Source of the DNA: Asterias rubens
Taxonomy: Eukaryota
Length of the DNA stretch: 64,000 nt
Reading direction: 5' to 3'
Assembly (NCBI RefSeq): GCF_902459465.1
Contig: NC_047064.1
Location: 21,142,001-21,206,000 of the forward strand
Part shown: piece by piece, positions 37,401 to 51,829 of the stretch
Position numbering within the stretch: the stretch's first letter is position 1
Layout of the letters: the number at the start of each line of letters is the position of its first letter
Program-made: the position numbers and the translations under genes
Notes under the pieces: generated by a model
Told to the model about the DNA's origin: nothing
Seen by the model: only the letters and a program-made list of their open reading frames with translations
Databases searched by the model: none

Positions 37401-39039
37401 CTATATCTATGGTCACTTTTACGTATAAACACCGCGTCACCTAAAAATGCGCACTTCGCTAAATAACACACGCTGACATTGACCACCAAAATGGCGCATC
37501 CAAGATTTTATTGTGATGATGACGTCAGGTGAAATGGGTCAATAGGCACCAGTCTACAATCCCGGACATATCTCACTGCGAACATTGAGCGGGGGACGCG
37601 GGGTGGGGATTTTTTAGTTTTTTTTTTTTTTTAATGGAAAGTGGAAAGGGAATTGTTTTATAAAGTGACGTTAGGGAATGAGTGACCCAAGAATTTTGGC
37701 CTGGATTTGTAGGCCCAGTGAACACAGTGTTCTTAGGCAGAGGTATAGTGTCCCTTCACCAGTATTCCGATGGCCCTGTGTACCAGTGATTGCACCAGTC
37801 TTCTGTAAAGGCCAGTCAAAAGCACATTGCTACATGTTTTACGACTTGTGCTTGTACAAAAACCAACAGATGTCCGCCATCAAAGCCAAGAAATACACGA
37901 TAAAATGCACAAACCATGGAAATACCACAGATGGTGGACTATCGGTTTCTGATTATCGACAATTTTGACGAGGATGCATTTCTTCATGTATAAATAACCT
38001 AATGGGAAATATAGAGTCCGTTCATGTTTTGAAGTATCCTTCGTGTGAGTTGTATGGATTTTTTGACAAGCAAACATGTTGTTGGTATTTCTCTCAAATA
38101 GTTTATTGATTTATGGAAAGCATTCTGAAGTTTGTTCAAGCTGAGTTAATATCAAGTTTATTTGAAAGCATATAATACATTTTTATTCTTGACAAATATA
38201 GACACATAGGCTTAAGGGGCGCTGTGCACAATGCCTCTACGAAGGCCGAGGGAAATAGGCCCCTCTTCTGGTCACTCACAGGCCCGAGGGGGAATAGACG
38301 TACACTAGTTACCGAATTATGCCAGTCAATATGTGTTTTATAACATAGCTCGGTCTTAAATGTCAAATAAGAACAGAAAAAGGAGTTTTGTAGTTTGTTC
38401 ACGGTTCAAATCAAGAGAAGGCGCTGTTACCGCGGGCACTATTTGCAAAGACTAGTGCCCGCTCTGGTACTATTCCCGCAAAACACGCGCGCGCGATCAC
38501 TAGCCTATAATATTAGTTCATCCCACGTGACCGTGTTTCAGCCAACCAGAATACAGAACGAGTAAGAGGTGTGTTTGTTATAATTCCAGTTAGGACGAGC
38601 TAGTCCTAACTCAAGATAAGACTTGTCTTAACTCTTTGTGAAATCCACCCCGGTGTCAGTGGTGGGGGGGGGGGGCGCCAATCCAATCTGCGTGTGCGTG
38701 GGTGGGGAGTTGTCATCTAACTCAAGCAAATAAGACACGGGACAATTAGAGCGTCTTCTCCTTTAGTAGGCCTATGGGATTAAAGAAGCGTGCTGTCCAC
38801 GGCAGCAACTGGAAAGGCGCAGCATTTAATATTAATAATTAAAATGTATGCAAAAATAATTAAAGGCCTGACGCTTCTACACTGTAGCAGGGTCTTTCTC
38901 GAATACTAATGTTGAGCCTCCTTGCATACACAAATCATCAAAAGCGCACAACATTATGTATTAATGCAAAGAGTTCAAGAAAAAGATAAAGAAACAAAAC
39001 TGGTCACAAGGCGAGTGCCCAAGCCAGTAGGAATTACCC

Positions 39040-39405
39040 TTAAGACACTATTGGTAATTACTCAAAATAATTATTAGCATAAAACTTTACTTGGTAATGA
39101 GTAATGGGGAGAGGTTGATGGTATAACACATTGTGAGAAACGGCTCCCTCTGAAGTGACATAGTTTTCGAGAAAGAAGTATTTTTCCACGATTTGATTTC
39201 GAATTAATTTGAGGTCTCGAAATCAACCATCTAAAAGCACACAACTTCGTGTGACAAGGGTGTTTTTTCTTTCATTATTATCTCGCAACTTCGACGACTG
39301 ACTGAGCTCAAATTTTCACAGGTTTGTTAGTTTATGTATATGTTGAGATACACCAAGTGAGAAGACTGGTCTTTGACAATTACCAATAGTGTCCACTGTC
39401 TTTAA
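39040..39405 (+). mobile_element. T2/Kolobok-type MITE
   Basis: Family body ending gtgtccactgtctttaa. Confidence 0.8.
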
Positions 39406-40559
39406 GGCTTACTCTCTTTATGTCAAAACGCAATATGGTGGCAATACCACAAACTTTTATAAAATGTACTGCCTTTGAATCAAGAAAAGTACAGCTTCAT
39501 CAATTACTGCCTAGATACAACTTCTTCAAGGCAATCGATTCTCCTTTCAAATATAATTCATTTCAGTAAAAAGCATCTCTAAGAACCCAGATGAAAAAAG
39601 TGAAAAAATTGTTTAAGAAATTTAGCCAGGAGAACCCGACATGCGATATCGCCAAGCTCACAGATAAAACAAAATTCTATGAAACTTTGAATAATGTACC
39701 GCCTCTAGTTTCGATCGCGCCGTCCTGTTCGTCGGTAGATTTTGAAAAGCTGTAGCCCTAAAAATAGACAGCCCTCGACGCTGAATTGATCTTTTACAAG
39801 ATACTAGCTAAAAATAGACTGGCGTGAATGTAACTCAGGAAGTTTGGGGGAAAAGGCAGTTGTTTCTTTCTTTAATCTGCAGACAATAGTTATTATTTAT
39901 TATGATCAAGATATGCGGTCGTCGTAAAAAGTGTTGATGTAAACCACCTCCGATTGGCTAGTGTCCCCCCCCCCCCACCCCCGCCCTCCACAAGCTCCCA
40001 GCGAATGTCTAACCATTTCAATTAATCATAATTTGATAGACGATATTTTATCAAGATTCACATACTTTTTCTTACAATTGAGGTAGTTGATTTTGAACTG
40101 TTTATAGGGGACAGAAAAATACTACATAAAAACGGTTACTGTTTTGCCACCCCTATGTTTTAACACCCATATTCCGACACCCCTGTTTCGACTGTTGACA
40201 TTGTGTTTTGTGTAACAACAAGTAAAACCGTCTTTTTTTCAATTCCACAGTAGTGAACACAATCCTGAAACGACATCACACATTTTTTCTCTCTCAACAT
40301 TTCCAGTTGGTCACAATCCTCCTGCATCAATCATTACCTCCTCAGTGCTATTCACACGACAGAAATTTAACTTGTGTCCCTTGCTATATTTTAGCATGGT
40401 TATAAAATGTAACAATGTTTTAAAATATTTTGCAAGCGAACTTGGAGAGTAGAAACGATTACAGCTGTCCGTTCACATTAGGAACATTTTGTAAAATGTT
40501 ACAACCATGGTACAGTTTAGCAAGGGACCCTTGCTAATGTGCTCTCGTGTGAAAGAGAC

Positions 40560-41123
40560 TTAAAGTCACCTGGATTTTTTTTTTTTTTTTTCTTTCAAAC
40601 ATAAGAGTATATGCTCACGAACAATTGTTAGTAATTGTTTGTCATGATTTATATGTTTAAAAAATATATAAAGTTGTTTGGGGGCTGACTCCGCCTACCC
40701 CTTTTGTGACGTCAATCGAGGCAGACTTTGCCTGCAATGCGTATAGTTAACACACGTGCAAAGTACATGTACGTCCAAGTCGTGAGTTGGTACATTTCAA
40801 AAAGTGTTTTTCTGCATTCAGCAGCAATACACCTGGTCGGCATTGCCGGAAATTCTTTTTTTGAAACGTACAAACTCACGACTTGGTCCGTACATGTACT
40901 TTGCAATTGTGTTTACTCTACGCATTACAGGCAAAGTCTGCCTCGATTTACGTCACGAACAGCGCCCTCTCGGGTCGGGGTCTACTCTTAAATTTGTAAA
41001 TAACATAGGAACTGATTTTGTAAAACCTTAGTTAACTGTTTATTCACATTCCACTCATCAAAACACATATATTAGTGACAAAATCTTTATTTTGAAAAAA
41101 ATACCACTTCCAGGTGACTTTAA
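40560..41123. mobile_element. Second TTAA-flanked MITE family with a ~250-bp internal palindrome (40709-40955)
   Basis: ttaaagtcacctgga / tccaggtgactttaa; arms gacgtcaatcgaggcagactttgcctg / caggcaaagtctgcctcgatttacgtc. Confidence 0.85.
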
Positions 41124-42034
41124 GGAGACCTGTGCAGGTTGAAAAGGGTTATAATAATGATTACAATCTTCCGGTTCTTGGATTTTGTGATTGTCTCGGC
41201 TGAAGTTTAGATCCATTTTGGAGATGAGTTCTACAATGATTGATGAATTAGGAACGTGGTGAGTGCCGAGATAGGCCGCAATGGTTCACAGCGTGTTGTA
41301 CTGCAATCAAATAGAGTGTGTTTAATTATCCTTCAATAAATACTCTCCACGCATTCAAAGACTTGGTAAATTGAAGTGGAGTGAAACGGCGGGACTACAT
41401 TTTTGGTTTAATATTCAAAAATCCTTGGCAATGTCTTGGTGTTATAACTGATTTCAGTGACCTCGGCGAATAACGGGATAAAACCAATAATACGTCGTGA
41501 AACGTGTTTCTTGAAAAATACATGATAAAATGATGAGTAGGCCTATGTGTGAAGGATCCTTTACTCGTGGGATCAGGTACTTATACAGTCCATCAGTTTG
41601 AGCGTAGGGTTACCATTAGACTTGACTCAAGTCGTAATCCCGTGCCACCGCCAGAAAACTACTGTTTAGTGATGCTCTGCATTCCAAAACCTGTTCTCTG
41701 GACCACATTTTGACGGCGAGCGCGCACTGTACTGTCTGCTACGGTTTGTTTGATAGTAAGTTGGCATGATGTGCTTAGGGACCTCTCACACAAGAATGGG
41801 ACTTGAATCAAGTCTAGGTTACCACACGGTGTAGGGTTTTGTTTTTTACAAGTGAGGATTCTGAGGAAGTATCCTGAATCACACCACTCAGGGGAATCAG
41901 GAAGCTTATAGGCTAATCTGGCTATAGAGTGTCGTCTGTAGCAAGTACTGTGTAAGTTTACGGGTTCAAACTTAATCCTGTTGGTGTATAGAGGATTAAC
42001 AATAAGCTCATATGGGATTACGATGTAAGCCTTG

Positions 42035-42168
42035 TGTCTCGTGAGATTTCATCTCGCTGTATCCTCTTTGTCTCGTGAGATTTCATCTCGCTGTATCCTC
42101 TAGTCTCGTGAGATTTCATCTCGCTGTATCCTCTAGTCTCGTGAGATTTCATCTCGACCTATCCTCCA
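42035..42168. repeat. 33-34-bp tandem repeat x4
   Basis: gtctcgtgagatttcatctcgctgtatcctct(a/tt) repeated head to tail without spacers. Confidence 0.9.
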
Positions 42169-42302
42169 TTGGTGTTTCACTCAAGTGTCGCGGCTTGTAC
42201 AATGAATAAATTATGAATCTTCATAAATCAATTAAGGGTGAAATCGTAGCTCTTTGTAAGATACGCTCAGATAGGCCTCTATACCGGTACAGACACGTTC
42301 TG

Positions 42303-42475
42303 GGGTGGACTTCACAAAGGTAGTCCTAACTTAGGACTAGTCCTAGGCAATGCTAAGAGATAGGACTGGTCCTAAGTTAGGATGAGTTACTGGTCCTAAC
42401 TTAGGACTGGGGTCCTATCTCTTAGCATTGCTTAGGACTAGTCCTAAGTTAGGACTACCTTTGTGAAATCCACCC
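42303..42475. mobile_element. PIF/Harbinger-type near-perfect foldback MITE, CTG TSD
   Basis: CTG|gggtggacttcacaaaggtagtcctaacttagg ... cctaagttaggactacctttgtgaaatccaccc|CTG. Confidence 0.85.
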
Positions 42476-42960
42476 CTGGACACACTAGGCCATTTATGGC
42501 AAAACACCCTAACTCGAAAATGTTTGTTTCTTATCATTTTTAAGATCATTTCTGGTTCAATTTGGCGTGCTTTTTCAACTTCAAAGTTTCAAAGGCATAC
42601 TATGTTTTAATGTAAATATATCTTGTCCTATCTCGACCTCTTTTTACAAAACATCTCTTCTCTGTCCTTGCTTTTTTTCAAAATGTAACTTTTTTAGTGA
42701 GAAATTACTTCTTTGTTAAAAACTAAATTACTTCAGAAGGGCCGTTTCTCACAATGTGTCGTGATATCAACAGCTCTCCTTTGCTCGTTACCATGTAAGT
42801 TATATGCTTACATTATTTTATTTTGAGTAATTATCAAAAATGTCCATAGTGCCTTCGTGATGGCGCCCCCTACCAACTGAGTCATAGCCCTTTCTCGCTT
42901 TATATCAACGGGCAGGGCTGGACTAAGATCTTCTACAGACAAATTCTTGTTTTCTTTTGT

Positions 42961-43321
42961 TTAAAGGATTTGGGTTCTTTTTCAAAATGTCCACAGATTT
43001 ACATAAAACTTACAGGGTTTGAAGATAATGATAGTGGAAAGCTTCCCTTCAAATATTACTTACTGAGGTGCTGTAGTTTTTGAGAAATGAGTAAAACAAT
43101 GTAATGAAAATACGTTTTTACATGCTCATAATTTTCGTCTCATGAGGCGAAAATTATTTTCATGACATTGTTTTACTCATTTCCCCAAAACTACAGCACC
43201 TCAGCAGGTAATATTTTCAGGGAAGCTTTCTACTATCATTATCTTCAAACCCTGTAAGTTTGTCGTGTAAATCTGTGGACATTGTGTTTTTTGTCCTACA
43301 AAAAGTACATAGACCATTTAA
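42961..43321. mobile_element. Third TTAA-flanked MITE family with long TIRs (partial copy ~48400-48570)
   Basis: aatgtccacagatttac..gaagataatgatagtggaaagcttccc / gggaagctttctactatcattatcttc..gtaaatctgtggacatt. Confidence 0.8.
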
Positions 43322-44833
43322 GTTCAAAATTCCTCAGTTTTGTAGCTCTTTCTCAAAAGTTGGTCCGAGACTTTGGAACAGCATTCCCATTAGCGTGTCT
43401 CACTACGTCTTCTTAATCACACCAACTTAGTTATTTCTCTATTAATGTTGACTGCTTTGATCTCCCTTGTAAAAACGCTTTATACATAATAGTTATTATT
43501 AATATCAACAGCTGCAGAGGTTCTCACCAGGTCGGTGTTATGATCATTAATGTTTGGAGTATGCGCCAATACCTTGCCTTTAAAGGAACATTACACAATT
43601 GATTTTTGCTGATACAACATTTGCTGCAGTGTGTAAGCACTTTATGTAGACCTGTAGAAGTTTAAGATCGATCGGCCATCTGGGTCACGAGAAAATAGTA
43701 ATAACAAAACATTACACATTTTGCATCACATCGATTCAAAATAAAAATGAATGAAGTCATCACTGAGCGATGACTGCCAAGATATACTTTAATTTGTGGT
43801 TGATAAATTTGTTTGTTTACTGGTATATTTGATGGTTGTTTTGATAACTGCTTGGTCTGTCTGATTCCTTCTTGATGGCGTTTGCCTGATTGCGTTCTTG
43901 ATTCTATTTGCCTGATTGCGTTCTACTTCGTGCATCACTGTTTCTAAGATTGCCCGCGACCTAAATACGCCATTCCTAGAAGTGTCCTAATTGAAGTGCG
44001 ATCTTTTGAACCATAAAAATGAAACCTTCAAGTATCGGTTCTTCAATCTCCATGGAGTGAATTGGACTATGAATTGATTCAATGGATTCATAGATTTTCC
44101 AGTTGGGTGAGATTTATTCTAAAGTGGAGGAGAGCTTAATGTTCAGGTCTGGTCTTGGTGAAAATCTTCACCAAATCGAACCAATAAGCTTTTTTAAATC
44201 CATGCGCAATAGTCATTGAAATAAAGTAGGTCCATCTTAAATTGAGAATGAAACATTTACAAGTTTGTCAGTTCACTGTGAATAAATTTGAGAGTTTGTT
44301 CGTCTGCCTCGTAAAACAAGCTTCATTTATTGGTCATTATTTAAACTAAAAATCGTAAACTGGATACATTTATACGACTCAGTAATTTATCTCTGCTGTC
44401 TTAAAAAAACGTTAATTGTTAAGTATGGCGACGCATAAATTTACTTGTCATTTGTTGACAACATCAGACAGTCAGGAGCAAATATTGTAAATAATTAGGT
44501 TTTCTTGATATACTATGGATATTATTTGAGGGAGTTAGAGTTATAGGGGTGCAGCAGTCACAAATTGGGAAATCAAAGAGAGACAATTTCCTCAGACCTG
44601 GCAGATTTAATCTGGGTTCTTCACGCGGATGAGGATGTCTTAAGACGTTGCTAAGGGGGTAACCTTAGACAATGCTTGGCACTAGCGCATCCTCCGTGCA
44701 AGATATGGTTGATTATACTGAATTGTCGCTTTATACGAGACGCCATAGGGATCGTACGCAATCTGCTCGCATCGGATGCTGCAACACTGAGTAAAGGTTT
44801 CTATTGACAACCCAGGCCAAGAAGAAATGTCAC

Positions 44834-45237
44834 TTAAAGAAACAGGACACCATTGGTAATTGTCAAAGACCAGTCTTCTCACTTGGTGTATCTCAACATA
44901 ATGCACAAAATAACAAACCTGTGAACATTTGAATTCATTTGGTCGTCGAAGTTGACAGATAATAATGAAAGGAAAAACACATTTGTCCACATGTGTCATA
45001 CGAAGTTGTGTGCTTACAGATGCTTGATTTCGGGATCTCACAGTCTTATTATGCGGTCTCAAGATCAAACTTAAATGTTTTAGTGGAAATACTTCTTTCT
45101 CGAATACAGTTACTTCAGATGGAACCGTTTATCACAATGTTTTATACTATCAACAGCTCTCCATTGCTTGTTATCAAGTAAGTTTTTAATGGAAACAATT
45201 ATTTTGAGTAATTACAAATAGTATCCAGGGCCTTCAA
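44834..45237 (-). mobile_element. T2-type MITE between two ~200-bp direct repeats
   Basis: Inverted family body starting at a TTAA. Confidence 0.75.
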
Positions 45238-46934
45238 GACGTTGCTAAGAGGTAACCTGAGACAATGCTTGGCAGTCGCACCCTCCATGCAAGGTATGGT
45301 TGATTATACCATGGAGGATGAAAATCCCTCGATGATTAATAAACTCAATTGTCGCCTTACGAGACCCCATGGGGGTCGCACGCAATCTGCTCGCATTGGA
45401 TGCTGCAACACTGAGTACAGGCTCCCATTGACATCCAAAGAAAAAATGTCACTTAACGAGTTTATGGAGAGACAATTTCTGCTCTGAAATTAGCATCCCC
45501 CGTGGCGGTAATTGCTTTCTTATAAGGGCAGAAGTCATGAAAGAAAACGGAGAAGAAGATGAAACTTTTAACAAAATAATAATAGAACAAGTAGTGGAGA
45601 AGGTTAAACAGGTTCGTGATACTTGAGGGTGAAATAACAGCCAGATTTATATATACGGATTCAATTATCCTTCCTTTATATTATCATCATAACGAGAAGG
45701 TAATATTGTCCTTGGGTGTTTTCAAGTGAATAAACCCGTCAATGATAGGCATGATAACATGATGATGTGGGTATGTGCTCGTCGATGATGGTTAAAGACA
45801 GTCACTTGATTATCGATGACGGTTAAAAACAGTCAAAATTGTTCGTCGATGACGGTTAAAGACAAACACTTGTCTTTAAACTTTGATTCATACTGGATTC
45901 AACTTAATTAATTTTGGATTGAAGGCAAACAAAAAACGATATTGGCTTAGGTACAAAAAATACTAGTAAAAAAGAAATGCTTCTGTTTGAAACAAAATGA
46001 TTTGGTTGTATCAAAATCAGACTTACTCTATCATTACTTGCGACTGCAAATTGACCAAGCTAGGATAAAACAAAACACCATAAGGGTTATCTGCTTGCTG
46101 AGTTATAGAATATGTTCTTTTGAGAACTGTCTTGCGTCATATTGTACAATACCATGGAGTAAAGCAAGACAGTTATCAAAGAGCAGAATCTACCCAGCAA
46201 GTAGATACACACATGGTGTTACGTCAAACAAAGTATAAATGTTATTACCTCACCATGCAATGCCGCAAATACCATATTACAAACCAAAATAGAACCACTT
46301 TATTTCGCTATCAAGAATACGTGCCAGTACATTGCAATTGGATATGAACGGCTTGCAATCTAATTAACAAGAATCAAACCTAGGCAAGATTACTCCCCAA
46401 ACGAACTCTGTACTTAACCAAGTCCAACATGAACTCCTCAACGGGACTTCAACCGCCTCAATGTCTACCAACGAATAAAGTGAATATATAGACAAGAAGT
46501 TCCTCCAGGGAGATTTACAATTAAGCTACTGTTACCGACACAAAGAAATTATTTATAAATGAGATGTAAAAAAAAAATGTATTCCATCAACATACAAATA
46601 GCTATTCTCCCTTCTGTATAGATCCTTCCTCCTTCAATTTTTCTTTTCTTCAAATGCAGGACTTTTCTTACTTCCTTTTATTTGTTTAAAGGCACTGGAC
46701 ACTGTTTGTTCGAAATAATTGTTGACGTTTGGCAGCTGCACGTTCGATCATCTGCTTTTGAATGTAGGTGAAAGGTGAATAGACGGGATTGACCTAGGCT
46801 AGAGACCACTCGCTGGCGTTGTTCACGAGCCTCGAAGTGTGACGTCATGTGTTCAGGGTACCACCATGGGGTACATTAATACATTGATTGTCCCCACGAT
46901 AACATACCATGCTGACATGTACAACAAAGATAGC

Positions 46935-47420
46935 CATGAGTGTGAGGTTGTACTTAACTATTTTTGTGTGATGTGCCACTGTGAACGATGAAGAAATGTT
47001 TCTGTCAACAACCACAATTGTCGTTTACAAATCGTTCGCACTGTTCTGCATTTTGTTTGTGCCAATTTCGTCGCAATAATAATCTTGAAAGTTGACAAAA
47101 GAAAACCATCTTTTACCATCGTAGGGCCTTTACAAAAATACTTGTACAAAAACTGCATGCTGTGTGGTGGGGGGTCCATGGTGCTTTAGCCATGGGTACG
47201 AGGTTGTAATTACGCCGGTACAATTTCTATGTGATGTGCCATTGTGAACAATGAACATAAAATTCTGTCAACAACCACTTATGTTATTTACAAATAGTTC
47301 GCACTGTTTATCTGAATTTTACTGTACCAATTTCGTCGTAAACAATTTTAAAAGATGAAAACGGATTGACTCCAATCTTTTACCATACAAAATTGCATGT
47401 TGTGTGGTGGGGTCAATGGT
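46935..47420. repeat. Diverged ~250-bp tandem duplication
   Basis: ccatg..gaggttgta..gtgatgtgcca..ctgtcaacaaccac..gttcgcactgtt..tgtgtggtgggg occurs twice. Confidence 0.75.
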
Positions 47421-48896
47421 AATTTGGCACACCCTTGAATTGGGGTGACGCCCTCAGCTTCGCCTCGGGTGCTGCGTTTGCCCCCCCCCCCCACCCCTCC
47501 CTCCTCGGGTGTACACGACACGATGGACCCCATCCCAGCGCGCCACAATACTGTACAGTGCTCTGAACGACATACAAGTAATAATGACTCGAATTGTGGT
47601 ACAGTTTTGTCCCCTCATAATTACCTCGTAGGCAGCGTCAATGCGTAACTATGGAAACGTCCCAAGGACTCCATCAGGTACACGACGCACAGCAACGTCT
47701 TAGATCCTCAAGCGCATGTGCAGTTGTAAATCGAGACCTTGACGATGGCATCGAACCATTGGGCTGGTTCCGTCACTAAAAATCCTCCCCCTTCAAAACA
47801 ACTCTTCCTTTAAGTCGTCACTGCGTTTCCAAGACACGTAAAAGAAGACATAGTATGTTGTCTTGTAAAATACTTACTCATTCTTGAGCCAATCTTGTTA
47901 GATACTGTTTTGCAATAAAACCATTTTTCAAACTTAAGGCATAAGATGACTGTAAATAGTCAACTTTGCTGGAACAACCATCTTGTCAAATCTCTTTTTG
48001 TGAGAAGTGTTAGATCTTAGGCCGGTTGTCTCTCGACGTTTCAAGTGGTTTCTCTTCTTGCCTTCAGGATCAGGAGAATTATACGTGCGCATGGCATTGA
48101 GCTCGAGAGCCCGATGAAACCTGTAAGTATTATCGACAAGCAAGTAAAAGTTTATGCTTATGCAATGATTGAAGGCTTATAAAACAGCACAAATGCATTC
48201 TTCATTGAAAACAACACTGCTAGCTAACTTGTTTTTGCAAATTTTCCATGGCGTGTTCTAAAAATAAAATTGTTTTGCAGGCAGTATGTTTTCACAAGAG
48301 TAACCCGTCATTTTAAAGGGTCTGTATTTAATTGATATGAACCTGAAAAACAACAGCAATAGAAACCTATACTTAAGCTGCAGCATTGGATAGTATCATG
48401 TACTTTGAGAAACTGTTCACTCCTCGTTTTACTAATTTCTCAAAAACTACAGCACCTCAGTAAGTAATATTTTAAGCGAAGCTTTCTACCATCATTATTT
48501 TCAAATTGTGTGAGTTTAATGTAAATCTGTGAACATTGTGTTTTGTGTCCTATACAAAAAGTATCCAGTTTGGTGTCCATTGTTTACGTCGTTAAATTTT
48601 ATTCAGAATCCATGCAGGAAGCATCAACAGAGCCAGAACAAAAGGGAAGCAAGGAAGGTCACTGCTCTCGACGATGTAAAGGCAAAATATCGAGTTTAAT
48701 TAAATTATAATTTACTGCATCGCTGGGCGAAATAGACCGTTGAGTTATTACGGTTAAGACTCAACGGATTCAATGGTTTAACACTGTATGGACGAGAAGG
48801 TCCAATCACAATTCAAATACGGTAGTCCAAGACTCAATCTCAAGTACTACGAGACTTAATATTCGGGTTATTTGAATGCCACATCAAAATGATCAC

Positions 48897-49600
48897 TTAA
48901 AGGCACTGGACCAGTCTTCTCACTTTGTGCATCTCAACATATGCAAAAAATGACAAACCTGTGAAAATTTAAGCTCAACTGGTCGTCGAAATTGAGAGAA
49001 TATGATAGAAGAAAAAACACCCTTGTCGCACAAGTTGTGTGCTTTCAGATGCTTGAATTCGACTTAAATATTTTAGTGAAAAATTACTGCCTTCTCCAAA
49101 AAAAATTGAGCCGTTTCTCATAATGTTTTATACTATCCACAGCTCTCCATTTCTCGTTACCAAGCAAGTTTCTACGTTACAAATTATGTTGAATAACTGC
49201 CAATAGTGTCCAGTGCCTTTAAAGGCAGGGGGTACTTTTGATGATTGTCAAGGAACAGTAACCTCACTTGGTGTATCCCACAAACAAATAAAGTAACAAA
49301 CCTGTGAACATTTGGGGTCACTTGGTCATCGAAGTTGCAAGAAAACGATGACAGAAAAACACCCTTGTTGCATAGAATTGTGTGCTTTCAGATGCCATAA
49401 GGAAGGCTGCCTGCCTGAAGCCTTCCTAAGATTCAAATTGTGCGGTGAAAAGGTACCTCTTTCTCAAAGACCTTACTTTAAAGAGGGTCATTTCTAACGT
49501 TGTTTTATAGTAATAATTAATTCAGTGCTCATTAATAAGCAAGTTTATGGTCATTACTTTTTGGAGTAATTACCAAAACTATATCCTCCCTTCTGTTTAA
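48897..49600 (-). mobile_element. Two T2-type MITEs in tandem sharing one TTAA (49219-49222)
   Basis: ...cagtgcctTTAAaggcagggggtac... junction. Confidence 0.7.
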
Positions 49601-50195
49601 AAAAAAATCGGCCTTTCAAATGTTCGTTAAGACGTTTCTTCTATCAGATTCGTGTTTAAATAAAATACTCAAAGGGAAAATATAATTAGATGTTACAAAC
49701 TTCTTACTAACCAAAAGGTATAAAATTGCAAACAAAAAGTTAATAGCTGATGTCTCCATCCTATCATAGTCTTTCTAAAATACACGACAACATGAAAAAA
49801 AATAGAGGAATTATTCATTAGATGTAATTGACAACGAGAAACATGATATCTGACGGTGCAGTTCCCATATGAGGAATGATCATCATCGAAGTCATCGTAT
49901 CTTCCCGGACTAGAAGACAAGACTGATGATCGGGTAGGGCTCTTAATGAACAAATCAAGTCAAAAAAAAAACCTCTTATTGCAAGAGAGGAGAAGCTAAA
50001 CGAAGAGAAATTCCCATGAGAGTTGGTGAAGTTGCTTGACAATGATCTTACTCTCTCACTGATTGTTTCTTATTTCACTGGCGATGATCACTGCCTTGTC
50101 TCAGTGATGAACTTTGTCATTTTGGTAGTATGGACTCAGTGTCTCGGAAAAGGTCTTGTGATCGCCCTCGAAAAGTGTCCTCGCTCGAAGAATGA

Positions 50196-50324
50196 CAGTC
50201 AACTCGCCCCCCCCCCTTCCTCCTGCTAGTAAGGGGCGACTATAGGGGCGACTTTGAGAAAGGCGAGTTTGTAAGTGAGTGGGCGACTTTGTAGTGGACG
50301 ACTTTGCTTGGGGCGAGTTGACTG
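50196..50324. mobile_element. Small MITE, CAGTCAACTCGCCCC TIR with internal GGGCGACTTTG repeats
   Basis: cagtcaactcgcccc / ggggcgagttgactg. Confidence 0.65.
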
Positions 50325-51161
50325 GTGTCGATTATTTGCGGTCTTTCTGACTAGCTATAGGCCTATTAACCACAGGTTTGTCCAAATTTGACTTTATTGA
50401 TGACCTTATCCACTTTAGAAATCGTGGTTGGTGAATTCAGCTTTGGCTTGTTAGCACAGTCTGCTTGTATGCAATCCCATATACCGAGAGTGTACGTTTT
50501 CATTTATTCTGGCTGTAAAGCCAAGGGCTCTCAGAAAATCCAAACAAAATCACTGATACTAAAAACCAAGAACCAAATCGAGAGAATAGAAGAAAGGAAG
50601 TTTCCGTTTTAGATGTAGTAGGACAATTGTTACAGTGAATATCGTAAACAGCGAGAAAGTGGTTTAAGAAAGTAATGCTTGCGTCGTAGATGGATAACCA
50701 ATACGTTGCTGACATGTAAAATCAAGAGATCAAAATCCGTGTCTTTCATCGGAACATGTATAGAGATGGTTTTTCTGTTCATTTCATTAAATTTCTGGTT
50801 GTGAAGCCAATGACTCTCAGAAAACCACACTATTAAAACCACTGTACTAGCCAATAACCCAATGGAGAGTACAAAGATGGAAGTTCCCGTAGATGTACGA
50901 GGAAACCCCCAGGGAGTTATAATTCCTGTGATAATCCCACGCAAACAGATAGGGACTGAAAACCTAATCCACGTACTGGCCCCTAGCGTTATTTAAACCG
51001 GAGATCTGCAGGTGGAAGGCAGGGAACTACGCCAACCCAACCGTCTAACATGGTTATGTTTCGTTCGACAACAGTCTTATTGGATCTAAGGCAACCACCT
51101 TTGATGCTTGTATCGTGCCTCAACTCACTGCACGACCATCGTTTGGAGTATATTTAGATTA

Positions 51162-51556
51162 TTAAAGGAACACGTTGCCTTGGATGGGACGAGTTGGTCT
51201 TTAAAAAAAAGCGTTTGAAACCGTTTGTTATGAAATGTATATAGTTAGAAAGATGTTTTAAAAGTAGAATATAATGATCCAAACAAGTATCACTCGAAAC
51301 TGCACGGTTTTCCTTTTACGTCGCGAACTATCACTGTCGGCCATTTTATGGGAGACAAAATTTTGACTCCCATAAATGGCCGGCCGTGTTAGTCGACAGG
51401 GTAAATAGAAAACCACGCAATTTTGAGGCATATTTGTGTAGATCATTGTATTCTACTTTTACAATATCTTTCGAATCATATACATTTTACAACAAACGGT
51501 TACAGAACGATTTTCAAAGACCAACTCGACCGATCCAAGGCAACGTGTTCCTTTAA
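51162..51556. mobile_element. Fourth TTAA-flanked MITE family
   Basis: ttaaaggaacacgttgccttggat / atccaaggcaacgtgttcctttaa; central palindrome gccattttatgggag..ctcccataaatggc. Confidence 0.85.
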
Positions 51557-51829
51557 CCTAGTTCCATTCTATAAAGCAAGATATGCCACACCATACCTGC
51601 TTCTGAAACCACCTGCACAGGAATTCCTTTGTATCTATATTTGAATTGATTGATGGGAAAGCTAGGCAAAACCTACTTCTCATTAAAAATATTATAATTA
51701 CAATTACACGTATGCATACAGACACTATTCAACTATTGCGGTGGCAAGCGAGCAGACGCACAAACGCGTATACGGGGGTTGGTATGAATATATTTCTAGT
51801 TATACATCACATACACACTATACTACAGC

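Noticed and set aside
42035-42168. CRISPR-like 33-34-bp palindromic repeats
   Set aside because: Repeats are head to tail with no unique spacers, there are no cas genes and the context is eukaryotic; this is a minisatellite.
41130-42240. Possible solo LTR or exon in a GC-richer block
   Set aside because: No second LTR, TG..CA/TSD, PBS or open spliceable frame could be established.
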